This document shows, piece by piece, positions 34,793 through 44,153 of a DNA stretch of 64,000 nucleotides. How positions within the stretch are numbered: the stretch's first letter is position 1; each line of letters starts with the position of its first letter. This DNA is from Mycobacteriales bacterium (GTDB lineage Bacteria > Actinomycetota > Actinomycetes > JALYNC01), in the NCBI GenBank assembly GCA_038253225.1, contig JBBSHH010000001.1:3537-67536 (forward strand), read 5' to 3'. The notes below the pieces were generated by a model. It was not told the origin of the DNA and did no database searches. It saw only the letters and a list, made by a program, of their open reading frames with translations. Position numbers and translations under genes: made by a program.

Positions 34793-36127
34793 ATGACGTT
34801 TCAGCAGCGCCCGCACATCCTCGTGGTCGGCGGTGGCTACGTCGGCATGTACGCCGCGTTGCGGCTCCAGCGACGGCTGCGGGCCGGTGAGGCGAGCATC
34901 ACGGTGGTCGACCCGAACTCCTACATGACCTACCAGCCGTTCCTACCGGAGGCGGCCGCCGGCAACCTCGAGCCCCGCCACGTCGTGGTGTCGCTGCGTC
35001 GGGTGCTGCGCCGCTGCCAGGTCCTCAGCGGCTTCGTCCGGCGCATCGACCACCAGCGTCGGGTGGCGACGTTCCATCCACTGGCGGGAGACCCGGTCGA
35101 CCTTTCCTACGACATCCTCGTCTACGCCGCCGGCTCGGTGGCGCGCACGCTGCCGATCCCCGGCCTCGCCGACGTCGGCATCGGGTTCCGGACCGTCGCC
35201 GAGGCGATCTACCTCCGCAACCACGTGCTGGCGAAACTCGACCTCGCCGCCTCCAGCCCCGACCCGCAGCTGCGCCGACGGGCGCTGACGTTCCTGGTCA
35301 TCGGCGGTGGCTACGCCGGCGTGGAGGCGCTCGCCGAGCTGCAGGACATGGCGGTCGACGCGCTGCGCTACTACGACGGGCTACGCGCCTCGGACATGCG
35401 CTGGGTGCTGGTGGAGGCCGCGGCGCGCATCCTGCCCGAGGTCAGCGCCGGCCTCGGCAGCTACACCGTCGAGGAGCTGCGCCGGCACGGCATCGAAGTG
35501 CTGCTGAACGCCCGGGTCAGCTCGCTCACCGGCGGCCACGTCGTTCTGGACAGCGGTGCGGCCTTCGACGCGGAGACCGTCGTGTGGACGGCGGGTGTCC
35601 GGCCCAACCCGCTGGCCCGCGCCACGGACCTTCCGGTCGACGACAAGGGACGGCTGCGCGCCACCGAGTTCCTGACCGTCGAGGGGCTCGAGGACGCCTG
35701 GACCGCCGGCGACTGTGCCGCCGTGCCGGACCTGACCAGGGCGCCGGGGGAGTTCACCGGACCGAGCGCGCAGCACGCCGTGCGGCAGGCGAAGCGACTC
35801 GCGGACAACGTTGTCGCCGCGCTACGCTGCCAGCAGGTCCGCCCGTACAAGCACGCCTACGCCGGCTCGGTCGCCAGCCTGGGCCTGCACCAGGGCGTCG
35901 CGGAGATCTACGGGGTTCGGCTGCGTGGCTGGCCGGCGTGGGTGATGCACCGCAGCTACCACCTGAGCCGGGTGCCGACGCTCAACCGCAAGGTGCGGGT
36001 CGCGGCCGACTGGACCCTGGCCCTGTTCTTCCAGCGCGAGATCGTCTCACTCGGTGGCTTCACCGACCCCCGAGCGGACTTCGTCTCCGCGGCCCGACCC
36101 GGCCCGGACGCCGCGGTTGAGCGGTAA
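34793..36127 (+). CDS. ndh: Type II NADH:quinone oxidoreductase (NDH-2)
   Basis: Two Rossmann motifs (ILVVGGGYVGMYAA; FLVIGGGYAGVEALAEL) and a C-terminal membrane-anchoring region. The start is the ATG at 34793. Confidence 0.85.
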   Translation: MTFQQRPHILVVGGGYVGMYAALRLQRRLRAGEASITVVDPNSYMTYQPFLPEAAAGNLEPRHVVVSLRRVLRRCQVLSGFVRRIDHQRRVATFHPLAGDPVDLSYDILVYAAGSVARTLPIPGLADVGIGFRTVAEAIYLRNHVLAKLDLAASSPDPQLRRRALTFLVIGGGYAGVEALAELQDMAVDALRYYDGLRASDMRWVLVEAAARILPEVSAGLGSYTVEELRRHGIEVLLNARVSSLTGGHVVLDSGAAFDAETVVWTAGVRPNPLARATDLPVDDKGRLRATEFLTVEGLEDAWTAGDCAAVPDLTRAPGEFTGPSAQHAVRQAKRLADNVVAALRCQQVRPYKHAYAGSVASLGLHQGVAEIYGVRLRGWPAWVMHRSYHLSRVPTLNRKVRVAADWTLALFFQREIVSLGGFTDPRADFVSAARPGPDAAVER

Positions 36128-36199
36128 GCCCACCGCAGCCGGCCGGCGCGTGGCACGGTGGCGAAGCCGATCCGTCCCCAGCTCACCCGGAGGTGCCCC

Positions 36200-37576
36200 G
36201 TGTCGGGGATCGCAGAGTCGTTGGAGCCGATGCTCACCGACTTCGTCGGCCCGCTGCCGCTGCGGCTGCGGGCCTGGGACGGCAGCGAGGTCGGCCCCCC
36301 GGATGCGCCGGTGGTGCTGGTGGTCCGGTCCCCGCGCGCGCTGCGCCGGCTGCTGTGGTCACCGAACGAGCTGGGGCTGGGCCGCGCGTACGTCGCGGGC
36401 GAGCTTGACATCGACGGCGACCTGTTCGCCGCGCTGGCGCTGCCGGACATGCTGCCGCGCCGGCCGGAGATGACGCTGCGCGCCGCGGGCCGGCTGCGGC
36501 TGGTGCTGACCGCACTGCGGCTGGGCGCCGTCGGTCCTCGTCCGGCGCCGCCGCCGGAGGAGGCCGCGGTATCCGGCTCCCGACACAGCCAGCGCCGTGA
36601 CGCCGCCGCGGTCGCGCACCACTACGACGTCGGCAACGAGTTCTACCGGCTCGTGCTCGGATCCTCGATGGTCTACTCCTGCGCGTTCTGGCCCACCCCG
36701 CCCGGGCCGACGTTCACGCTGGCGGACGCGCAGGAGGCCAAGTGCTCGCTGGTCGCCCGCAAGCTCGGGTTGCGCGCCGGCCAGCGGCTGCTCGACGTCG
36801 GGTGCGGCTGGGGGACGATGGTGCTGCACGCGGCCCGGGAGTACGGCGTGGAGGCGGTCGGCGTGACGGTCTCCGCCGAGCAGGCCGAGCTGGCGCGGCA
36901 GCGGGTCGCGGCCGCCGGGCTCGCGGACCGGGTCGAGATCCGGCTGCAGGACTACCGCGAGGTCAGCGACGGGCCCTTCGACGCGATCTCGAGCATCGGC
37001 ATGGCCGAGCACGTGGGCGCCGCCCAGACCAGCGCCTACGCCGCCCGGCTGGCTTCCCTGCTGCGGCCGGAGGGTCGGCTGCTGCACCACGCGATCTCCC
37101 GGCGTCCCGGGCCCCACCCGATCACGGAAAACTCCTTTCTGCAGCGCTACGTCTTCCCCGACGGCGAGCTGCTGCCGGTCGCGGAGACGGTCGGCGCGCT
37201 GGAGGACGCCGGGCTCGAGGTCCGCGACGTGCAGTCGCTGCGGGAGCACTACGCGCTCACGCTGCGGCAGTGGATCGGCAACCTGGAGGCGAACTGGGAC
37301 ACCGCGGTGCGGGTGACCAGCGAGGGCCGCGCCCGGGTGTGGCGGCTCTACATGGCCGCCGCGGCCGTCGCGTTCGACTCGGGCCGGATCGGGGTCAACC
37401 AGACCGTGGCCGTGCGGCCCGGGGTGCGCGGGACCAGCGGTATGCCGCTGACCCGGGCGCAGTGGCTCGTGCCGCCGGCCCGGTCGGTCGGCGAGACGGC
37501 GGCTGCCGCTCCGCCGCATCCGGCGCCCCGGCTCAACTCGGACGCCTGCGCCGACCAGCGAAGGGGGCCCGCGTGA
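36200..37576 (+). CDS. Cyclopropane-fatty-acyl-phospholipid synthase family SAM-dependent methyltransferase
   Basis: HYDVGNEFYRLVLGSSMVYSCAFW ... LLDVGCGWGT ... are CFA-synthase/mycolic acid cyclopropane synthase family motifs. The start is taken as the GTG at 36200 after RBS ggagg. Confidence 0.8.
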   Translation: MSGIAESLEPMLTDFVGPLPLRLRAWDGSEVGPPDAPVVLVVRSPRALRRLLWSPNELGLGRAYVAGELDIDGDLFAALALPDMLPRRPEMTLRAAGRLRLVLTALRLGAVGPRPAPPPEEAAVSGSRHSQRRDAAAVAHHYDVGNEFYRLVLGSSMVYSCAFWPTPPGPTFTLADAQEAKCSLVARKLGLRAGQRLLDVGCGWGTMVLHAAREYGVEAVGVTVSAEQAELARQRVAAAGLADRVEIRLQDYREVSDGPFDAISSIGMAEHVGAAQTSAYAARLASLLRPEGRLLHHAISRRPGPHPITENSFLQRYVFPDGELLPVAETVGALEDAGLEVRDVQSLREHYALTLRQWIGNLEANWDTAVRVTSEGRARVWRLYMAAAAVAFDSGRIGVNQTVAVRPGVRGTSGMPLTRAQWLVPPARSVGETAAAAPPHPAPRLNSDACADQRRGPA

Positions 37577-38091
37577 CGCCGCTCGCCGTCACGGTTCTGG
37601 GGGTGGACCGGCCCGGCATCGTCGCGGCGGTCACCGGCGTACTGGACCAGCTGGGCGGCAACCTCGAGGACTCCGCCTCGTCCATCCTGCGCGGCCAGTT
37701 CGCGATGACGCTGATCGTCAGCGCGCCGGTCGATGCGGAGCAGGTCCGGGCCAGGCTGGCGCCGGTGGCCGAGGCGCTCGACCTGACCCTCGCGGTCCGG
37801 CCGGTGCCACCGGTGACCTCTCACCCCGGCACCGGCAGCAGCTTCGTGCTCTCGGTGCACGGCGCGGACAAGCCGGGCATCGTCGCCGCCGTCGCCGGCC
37901 TGCTGGCCGACCGGCGGGGCAACATCACCAGCCTGTCGACCCGGGTGGCCGGCGAGTTGTACGTGCTGGTCGCGGAGGTGGAGCTGCCGGCCGGGGTCGC
38001 CATGGCGGACCTCACCGCAGCGCTGGACCGGCTGGCCGCCGAGCTCGGGGTGCGGGCCAGCCTCCACGCCGCCGACGCCGACCTGATCTAG
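37573..38091 (+). CDS. Tandem ACT-domain protein (GcvR-like regulatory protein)
   Basis: Two ACT repeats (AVTVLGVDRPGIVAAVTGVL...; VLSVHGADKPGIVAAVAGLL...). Its GTG overlaps the upstream stop. Confidence 0.65.
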   Translation: MTPLAVTVLGVDRPGIVAAVTGVLDQLGGNLEDSASSILRGQFAMTLIVSAPVDAEQVRARLAPVAEALDLTLAVRPVPPVTSHPGTGSSFVLSVHGADKPGIVAAVAGLLADRRGNITSLSTRVAGELYVLVAEVELPAGVAMADLTAALDRLAAELGVRASLHAADADLI

Positions 38092-38101
38092 GGCTCTCCC
38101 G

Positions 38102-38608
38102 GTGAGCCGAGTTCTGCCGGTGCGGCTGGCCCCGGACCCGGTGCTGGCCACCGTCGCCGCGCCGGTCGACCCCTGCGCGGCGTCGACGGTTGAGCTCGCC
38201 GCGGACCTACTGGCCACCATGCGGGCCTCGCTCGGCTGCGTCGGGCTGGCCGCGCCGCAGGTCGGCGTCGCGGCCCGGGTGTTCTGCCTGGACGTCACCG
38301 GCCACCGCAAGGCGCGCTCCTGCGCCGGCCCGGTGGTGGTCGTCAACCCGCAGCTGCTGCTCGCCGAGGACCCGGAGCAGGCCCGCGAGGGGTGCCTGTC
38401 GGTGCCGGACCTCACCGGTGACGTGCTGCGGGCCCGCCGGGTCGTGCTCCGCGGGGCGGTGCCCGGCAGCGGGGCGCCGGTCGAGCTCGTCGCGGACGCC
38501 TTCGAGGCCCGCGCCGTGCTGCACGAGCTGGACCACCTCGACGGCAAGTTGTTCCTCGACCGGGTCGCCGGCGCGCATTCGGTCTTCACCCGCAAGCGTT
38601 ACCTCTGA
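38102..38608 (+). CDS. def: Peptide deformylase
   Basis: Motifs GVGLAAPQ, EGCLSVP and HELDHLDG. Confidence 0.85.
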   Translation: MSRVLPVRLAPDPVLATVAAPVDPCAASTVELAADLLATMRASLGCVGLAAPQVGVAARVFCLDVTGHRKARSCAGPVVVVNPQLLLAEDPEQAREGCLSVPDLTGDVLRARRVVLRGAVPGSGAPVELVADAFEARAVLHELDHLDGKLFLDRVAGAHSVFTRKRYL

Positions 38609-38644
38609 CCGCCACCCGGTCGGGTGGGCCATCATGGTGACTCC

Positions 38645-38728
38645 GCCCGGGTGGTGGAATGGCAGACACGGGGGCCTTAAAAGCCTCTGCCGCAAGGCGT
38701 GCGGGTTCGAGCCCCGCCCCGGGCACCG
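38645..38728 (+). tRNA. tRNA-Leu (anticodon TAA)
   Basis: Hand-folded: acceptor GCCCGGG/CCCGGGC, anticodon stem GGGGC/GCCUC with loop CUUAAAA (anticodon UAA), long variable arm UGCCGCAAGGCGU (type II, Leu), T-arm GCGGG-TTCGAGC-CCCGC and discriminator A. Confidence 0.8.
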
Positions 38729-38838
38729 GGCGCCGTACAGCGCGGGCGAGAGCCGGTCCGTCCGCGCCGGGAACTTCTCGGCTTTACTAAGTGTTGACCT
38801 ACCCGGATGTCCGCCACGGTTGCCCTCGAGGGAGAGCG

Positions 38839-39618
38839 ATGAGAACCAGCAACAACCCCGTGCTGTCGCGTCGGGACGTGTTCAGCCGCGGGAGCTACCC
38901 GGGCGTGGCCACACCGTCCACCGAGACCCTCGACGCGATGTACGGCGCGACGCCGACCATCACCCGGCGGATGACGATCGACGACGTCGTGGTCCGCACC
39001 GCCACGCTGCTCGGCATCGTGGTGGTCACCGGCGGCGGCGCCTGGGCGCTGCGGTTGAGCACCGGCCCGGCGATCATCGCCGCGCTGGCCGGGTTCGTCA
39101 TCGCGATGCTCGTGACGGTCCGACGGACGATCAACCCGCCGTTGATCCTGACCTACGCCGCGCTCGAGGGTGTGTTCCTGGGCGCCATCAGCCGGGTCTT
39201 CGAGCTCGCCTATCCGGGGATCGTTGTACAGGCCGTCGTCGGCACGGTGGCGACGTTCGCGGGGATCCTGATCGCGTACAAGAGCGGTCGGATCCGGGTC
39301 ACCCCGAAGTTCCAGAAGATGGTCGTCGGCGCGCTGTTCGGGCTGGTCGGGCTGATGGTCGTCAACCTGCTCGCGAGCGTCTTCGTCAGCGGCGGGCTGG
39401 GGCTGCGCAGCGGCGGTCCGCTCGCGATCGTGTTCAGCCTGGTGTGCATCGGTGTCGCCGCGCTGTCCTTCGCGCTCGACTTCGACGCCATCGAGAAGGG
39501 CATCGCCCGGGGGGCCCCTGAGCGGGAGTCGTGGCTGGCGGCGTTCGGCCTGCTGGTCACGCTGGTCTGGCTCTACCTCGAGATCCTCCGGCTGCTCAGC
39601 TACCTGCGCGAGCGCTGA
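38839..39618 (+). CDS. Bax-inhibitor-1/YccA-family (TMBIM-like) membrane protein
   Basis: Seven predicted TM helices and a glycine-rich hydrophobic profile typical of the BI-1/YccA family. The ATG follows RBS gagggagag, and a promoter-like TTGACC lies ~60 nt upstream. Confidence 0.6.
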   Translation: MRTSNNPVLSRRDVFSRGSYPGVATPSTETLDAMYGATPTITRRMTIDDVVVRTATLLGIVVVTGGGAWALRLSTGPAIIAALAGFVIAMLVTVRRTINPPLILTYAALEGVFLGAISRVFELAYPGIVVQAVVGTVATFAGILIAYKSGRIRVTPKFQKMVVGALFGLVGLMVVNLLASVFVSGGLGLRSGGPLAIVFSLVCIGVAALSFALDFDAIEKGIARGAPERESWLAAFGLLVTLVWLYLEILRLLSYLRER

Positions 39619-39630
39619 GCGCCGGCGGGG

Positions 39631-40041
39631 TCAGCCGCTGACGTCCGGGCCGGCCCGGGTCAGCGAGAGCCGCAGCAGCACCCGCTGTTCGCGCTGCATG
39701 GCCGTGCGGTAGTCGTCCCAGTCCGGGTGCTCACCGGCGACGGCCCGGTAGTACTCGACCAGCGGCTCCATCGCCGCAGGCAGGCTGAGGATCTCGACGT
39801 CGCCCTCGACCTGCACCCAGCGCCCGTAGAACGCGGCCGGGAACACGCACAGCCAGGCGGTCGGCCGGCGGCGCAGGTTCTTGGTCTTGATGGCGGTCTC
39901 CCGGCTGCTGACCACCACCCGACCGGCCTCGTCGACGGCGGCACCGACCGGGGACAGCTGCGGCGTCCCGTCCCGCCGCAGGGTCGCCAGCACGGCGTGG
40001 GAGTTCTCCCGGACGTAGTCCCGGGCGACGTCGAGGTCCAC
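39631..40041 (-). CDS. PPOX-class F420-dependent (pyridoxamine 5'-phosphate oxidase-like) enzyme
   Basis: VRENSHAVLATLRRDGTPQLSPV...RVVVSSRETAIKTKNLRRRP is the PPOX class split-barrel signature. Confidence 0.7.
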   Translation of the reverse strand: MDLDVARDYVRENSHAVLATLRRDGTPQLSPVGAAVDEAGRVVVSSRETAIKTKNLRRRPTAWLCVFPAAFYGRWVQVEGDVEILSLPAAMEPLVEYYRAVAGEHPDWDDYRTAMQREQRVLLRLSLTRAGPDVSG

Positions 40042-40045
40042 GGCT

Positions 40046-40273
40046 TCAGCCGCGAGCGGCCATCCGCCGGCGGTCGTGCTCGTGCACGATCGCCCGCGCG
40101 TACCCGTGCGGGAGGTCGTGCTCGCGCTGCAGCCAGGTGACCAGCTCGTCGAACCGGACCAGCCCCGGCCCGGCCTCGAGGCACTCGAACCACTGCGGTA
40201 GCGGTCGCCCGGTCACTTCGGGGATTCGAGCCAGCAGGCTCTGATGAGTCTCCTCGGAGTGGTGGAGCGGCAT
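40046..40273 (-). CDS. DUF4287-domain small protein
   Basis: The 75-aa C-terminal part of the track ORF. The internal ATG has a perfect RBS (caggaggcgcacATG). Confidence 0.5.
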   Translation of the reverse strand: MPLHHSEETHQSLLARIPEVTGRPLPQWFECLEAGPGLVRFDELVTWLQREHDLPHGYARAIVHEHDRRRMAARG

Positions 40274-40370
40274 GTGCGCCTCCTGCATCGGGTGACCGAG
40301 TCCCGACCAGCGTGCACCAGCACGTCGCGGAAGGACAACCCCTGGCCGGGGCGCCGGTAGCGTCGGGCCG

Positions 40371-40889
40371 GTGCCCGCGGATCTGCTCGGCCTGCTCGAC
40401 CGGGAAGGTGCGCTGCTCGCGGACCGGCTCCGGCGCGTCGGCCCCGGCTGGTACGCCGCCGCGGCCTGGCCGTTCCCCAACCGGGCCGCCGCCGTCCACC
40501 ACCTCGCCGCCACGCTCGCCGTGACGGCGCAGGGCCTGGAGGCCGCCGACGCGGTCGCCGAGCCGCGGTGGCGACCGTTCCCCCGGGTGCCGACGACGGT
40601 GCTGGCGGACGCGCTGGCGGTGGCGGTCGGCGACGTGCTCGCCGCGGCGGCGGGCTCGGCTGCCCCGCTCACCGGTCGGTCGGTCTGGCGGCCGGGTGGC
40701 CGGGTCCCGGCGGAGACGACGTTCGCCGCGAGCGTCGCCGAGCTGCTGCTGCACCGCAGCGACCTCGACGGCGCCCCGCCGCCGCGCCGGCTGGCCGCGG
40801 CGGCCCTCGCGGTCCTCGAGCCCGGCCAGCCCGCGGAGCGGTTCGTGCCGCTCGCGCGGAGCCGCTGTCCGGCGTACGGCGGGGGTTAG
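40371..40889 (+). CDS. Hypothetical protein (possibly DinB_2/maleylpyruvate-isomerase-N-like fold)
   Basis: GTG-initiated ORF with Ala-rich protein-like composition and a His-containing N-terminal segment (AAAVHHLAATLA). Confidence 0.4.
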   Translation: MPADLLGLLDREGALLADRLRRVGPGWYAAAAWPFPNRAAAVHHLAATLAVTAQGLEAADAVAEPRWRPFPRVPTTVLADALAVAVGDVLAAAAGSAAPLTGRSVWRPGGRVPAETTFAASVAELLLHRSDLDGAPPPRRLAAAALAVLEPGQPAERFVPLARSRCPAYGGG

Positions 40890-42130
40890 GAGAGCCGCTC
40901 CAGCACCATCGCCATGCCCTGGCCGCCGCCGACGCACATCGCCTCGAGGCCGAACGTGGCGTCCCGGGTCTGCAGGCCGTTGATCAGCGTGGTCGTGATC
41001 CGGGCGCCGGTCATCCCGAACGGGTGGCCGAGCGCGATCGAGCCGCCGTGCACGTTGAGCCGGTCCAGGTCGATACCGAGGTCGCGGTAGGAGGGGATCA
41101 CCTGGGCGGCGAACGCCTCGTTGATCTCCACCAGGTCGATGTCGGCGATGCCGAGACCGGCGCGGGCGAGCGCCTGCCGGGAGGCCTCGACCGGGCCGAG
41201 CCCCATGATCTCCGGCGACAGTGCCGTCACCCCGGTGGAGACGATCCGGGCCAGCGGGGTGATGCCGAGGTCGCGGGCCCTGGTGTCGCTCATGACGATC
41301 ACCGCCGCGGCGCCGTCGTTGAGCGGGCAGGCGTTTCCGGCGGTGACGGTGCCGTCCGGCCGGAACACCGGCCTCAGCCCGGCCATGCCCGCCGGGGTCA
41401 CCCCCGGCCGCGGCCCGTCGTCGGCGCCGACCACGGTGCCGTCCGGCCGGGTCACCGGGGTGATCTCGCGGGCGTAGAACCCGTCCGCGATGGCCTTCTC
41501 GGCGAGGTTCTGCGACCGGGCGCCGAACTCGTCCTGCATCTCGCGGGTGACACCCCGCTGGCCGGCGAGGTTCTCGGCGGTCTGTCCCATCGCCGCGTAG
41601 ATATCCGGCATCCGGCCGTCGGACCGCGGGTCGCGCCAGGCCGGCGCGCCACCCTGCACCCGGTCGGCGGTGCGCTGCCGCGGGTCGTCGAAAACCGGGT
41701 TGGTCCAGCGGCCGGTCAGCTCCTGGGCGGCCGGTGGCAGCTGGTCGCTGTTGCCCTTGACGAAGCGGCTGACCATCTCGACGCCGGCCGAGATGAACAC
41801 CTCACCCTCCCCGGCTCGGATCGCGTGCATCGCCATCCGGGTGGTCTGCAGCGAGGAGCTGCAGTACCGGGTCACCGTGGTGGCCGGCAGCCGGTCGTAG
41901 CCGAGCAGCACCGCCACGACCCGGGCCAGGTTGAACCCCTGCTCCCCGCCCGGCAGGCCGCAGCCGACCATGAGGTCGTCGACCGTGGTCGGGTCGAGCG
42001 CCGGGACCTTGTCCAACGCCGCCCGCACGATCGTGGCGGCGAGGTCATCCGGCCGCAGGTCCGTCAGCGACCCCTTGTACGCCCGGCCGATGGGTGATCG
42101 GGCGGTGGCGACGATGACGGCGTCGGGCAT
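40886..42130 (-). CDS. Acetyl-CoA C-acyltransferase (thiolase, FadA3-like)
   Basis: Thiolase motifs YCSSSLQT (active Cys), NVHGGSIALGHPFGMTGAR and CVGGGQGMA. The start is the ATG at 42130, and the track's upstream extension is junk. Confidence 0.9.
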   Translation of the reverse strand: MPDAVIVATARSPIGRAYKGSLTDLRPDDLAATIVRAALDKVPALDPTTVDDLMVGCGLPGGEQGFNLARVVAVLLGYDRLPATTVTRYCSSSLQTTRMAMHAIRAGEGEVFISAGVEMVSRFVKGNSDQLPPAAQELTGRWTNPVFDDPRQRTADRVQGGAPAWRDPRSDGRMPDIYAAMGQTAENLAGQRGVTREMQDEFGARSQNLAEKAIADGFYAREITPVTRPDGTVVGADDGPRPGVTPAGMAGLRPVFRPDGTVTAGNACPLNDGAAAVIVMSDTRARDLGITPLARIVSTGVTALSPEIMGLGPVEASRQALARAGLGIADIDLVEINEAFAAQVIPSYRDLGIDLDRLNVHGGSIALGHPFGMTGARITTTLINGLQTRDATFGLEAMCVGGGQGMAMVLERLS

Positions 42131-42182
42131 GTCGGCTCCTACGAAAGTGCGCACCGCGGGGACTGCGGCGGCGGGCTCGACG

Positions 42183-43010
42183 TTATCCCACCGACCCCGG
42201 TGCGCCGCCGGCCGCGACAGCGCCGGCCGCGACCCCGTCGGCCGCGGCCAGGACGGCCGGCGCCAGCGCCTGCGCCCACAGCCGATAGCCACGGTCGGAG
42301 GGGTGGAAGCGGTCCCGGGACAGCGTCCGCGGGTCGGCCCGGAAGGCTGGACCGGTCGCCCGACCGAGGTCCACGACGCGGGCTCCGGCCGTCGCGGCGG
42401 CGGCGTCCTCCGCGGCCGCCACCCCGCGGCCCCGCCAGGCCGCGACGAGGCGCAGCGGCTGCGGGAACGCCCGGGCCGCGCCGAGGTCCGGGCAGCTGCC
42501 GACGACGACCCGGACACCGGCGCCGCGCAGCCGGCGTACGGCGTCGGTCAGGTCGCGCCGGACGGTGCCGAGCCGACTGAGGTGGGTGGCGTCGTTGGCC
42601 CCGATCAGCACCACCGCGACGTCCGGGGCGGCGCCGTGCAGGGCCCGGGTCAGCTGGCCGCGCAGGTCCGCCGCTCGGGAGCCGGACACCGCTACCGAGG
42701 ACAGCTCGACCCGCCGACCGCCGGCGGCCAGCGCCGCGGCGAGGCGGCCCCCGACGCTGGTCGCGGTGCTCGACGCGCCGACGCCGGCGGCGGTGGAGTC
42801 ACCCACCAGCAGCAGCCGCAGCGGCCGGCCCGCCCCAGCGCCCGCTTCGGTGCCGAACGCGCCGGTGGGCGGCGGGGCCGAGCCGGCCGGCAGGTAGCTG
42901 CGGCCGGCGACGTAGCCCGCCTCCGCGCCGAGCAGCAGTACGGCGGCGAGGGCGCTCGTGGCCAGCGCGGTGGCCGCCCGCCGGCCGGCCCGCCGGCGGC
43001 GGGCGCTCAC
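42183..43010 (-). CDS. SGNH/GDSL-family hydrolase (lipase/acylhydrolase), paralog 1
   Basis: N-terminal TM/signal, GDS block (LLLVGDSTAAG), GAND block (VLIGANDATH) and DRFHPS catalytic His block. Confidence 0.8.
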   Translation of the reverse strand: MSARRRRAGRRAATALATSALAAVLLLGAEAGYVAGRSYLPAGSAPPPTGAFGTEAGAGAGRPLRLLLVGDSTAAGVGASSTATSVGGRLAAALAAGGRRVELSSVAVSGSRAADLRGQLTRALHGAAPDVAVVLIGANDATHLSRLGTVRRDLTDAVRRLRGAGVRVVVGSCPDLGAARAFPQPLRLVAAWRGRGVAAAEDAAAATAGARVVDLGRATGPAFRADPRTLSRDRFHPSDRGYRLWAQALAPAVLAAADGVAAGAVAAGGAPGSVG

Positions 43011-43861
43011 CGGGCCGGCGCCGCCGCCCGGTCGGCGCTGGTCACCCCGCCCGGCTCCGCCTCGGCGCCCGAGTCGGCGCCCGGCTCGGCGCCGGCGGCG
43101 ATGCGCACCGCCGGCAGCAGCGCCGCGGCGATGAGCCCGTATCCCGATCCGGACGGGTGGAACCGGTCCGGGCAGAACAACCCCGGGTCGGCGCAGAACA
43201 CCGGACCCAGCTCGGTGCCGAACGACACCACTGTCGCGCCGGCCCCCGCCGCCGCCCGTCGCTGCGCCACGGCCATCTGGGCGCTGCGCAGGTAGGCGAC
43301 GAGCCGCAGCGGCTGCGGGATAGGACGCACCGCGCCGAGGTTGGGGCAGGTACCGACCACGACGCGGACGCCGTCGTCGACCAGCCGCTCGACGGCCCGG
43401 CGCAGTTCGGCCGCCGCGGTGGCCGGCGGCACCCAGTGCGTCACGTCGTTCGCGCCGATCGAGATCACCGCCACGTGCGGTGGCTGCAGCAGGACCCGGG
43501 TCACCTGCGCCGAGAGGTCCGCACTGCGGGCGCCGGAGACCGCCGCGACCTCCAGCAGCACCCCGCGGCCCACCGCCGCAAGGTCCCCGGCCAGCGTCGC
43601 GGCCAGGATCGCCCCCGGGGTCTCCGCCGGGCTGTCGGCGCCGACCCCGCAGCCGCTCGAGTCGCCCAGCATCGCCAACCGGGTCAGCGGCCCGTCGCCG
43701 GCACCGAACACGCCGTCGGCGTACGGCGCGCCGGCGAGGATCGGGATCGCGCGGCGGGCCAGCTTCGCCTCGCCCCAGAGCAGGGTCCAGCCGAAGACCC
43801 CGAGCAGTCCGACGCTGCCGCTGCCGACCGCGCCGTACCGGGCGATCCGGCGGCGCCTCAT
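43007..43861 (-). CDS. SGNH/GDSL-family hydrolase, paralog 2 (tandem duplicate)
   Basis: Same block structure (LAMLGDSSGCG, ISIGANDVTH, DRFHPS), with an ATGA overlap with paralog 1. Confidence 0.8.
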   Translation of the reverse strand: MRRRRIARYGAVGSGSVGLLGVFGWTLLWGEAKLARRAIPILAGAPYADGVFGAGDGPLTRLAMLGDSSGCGVGADSPAETPGAILAATLAGDLAAVGRGVLLEVAAVSGARSADLSAQVTRVLLQPPHVAVISIGANDVTHWVPPATAAAELRRAVERLVDDGVRVVVGTCPNLGAVRPIPQPLRLVAYLRSAQMAVAQRRAAAGAGATVVSFGTELGPVFCADPGLFCPDRFHPSGSGYGLIAAALLPAVRIAAGAEPGADSGAEAEPGGVTSADRAAAPAR

Positions 43862-44153
43862 CGCGGCACCCCGCCGAGCACGTCCGGGGGTGCCGAGCCT
43901 GGGCGCGCGTCGCCGCCGGTCACCGCACCCCCAGTCCCATGATCCTTCAAGACGCTACGGCGCGCGCCGGCGTTCCCCCACATTGTGCGGTCTGACCACC
44001 GGACCCGGCGCCGGTTTTCCCAGCCAACCACCGGGGCACGTCGGGGCGCCGGCCGCGGCCGCCGCGGCGCGCAGCCCGCACACCCGACCCGTCGCACTAC
44101 CCTGGAGCGGCGGGCGACGGCGACCGCGCCGAGGCGGATCCGAAGGGCAACTC

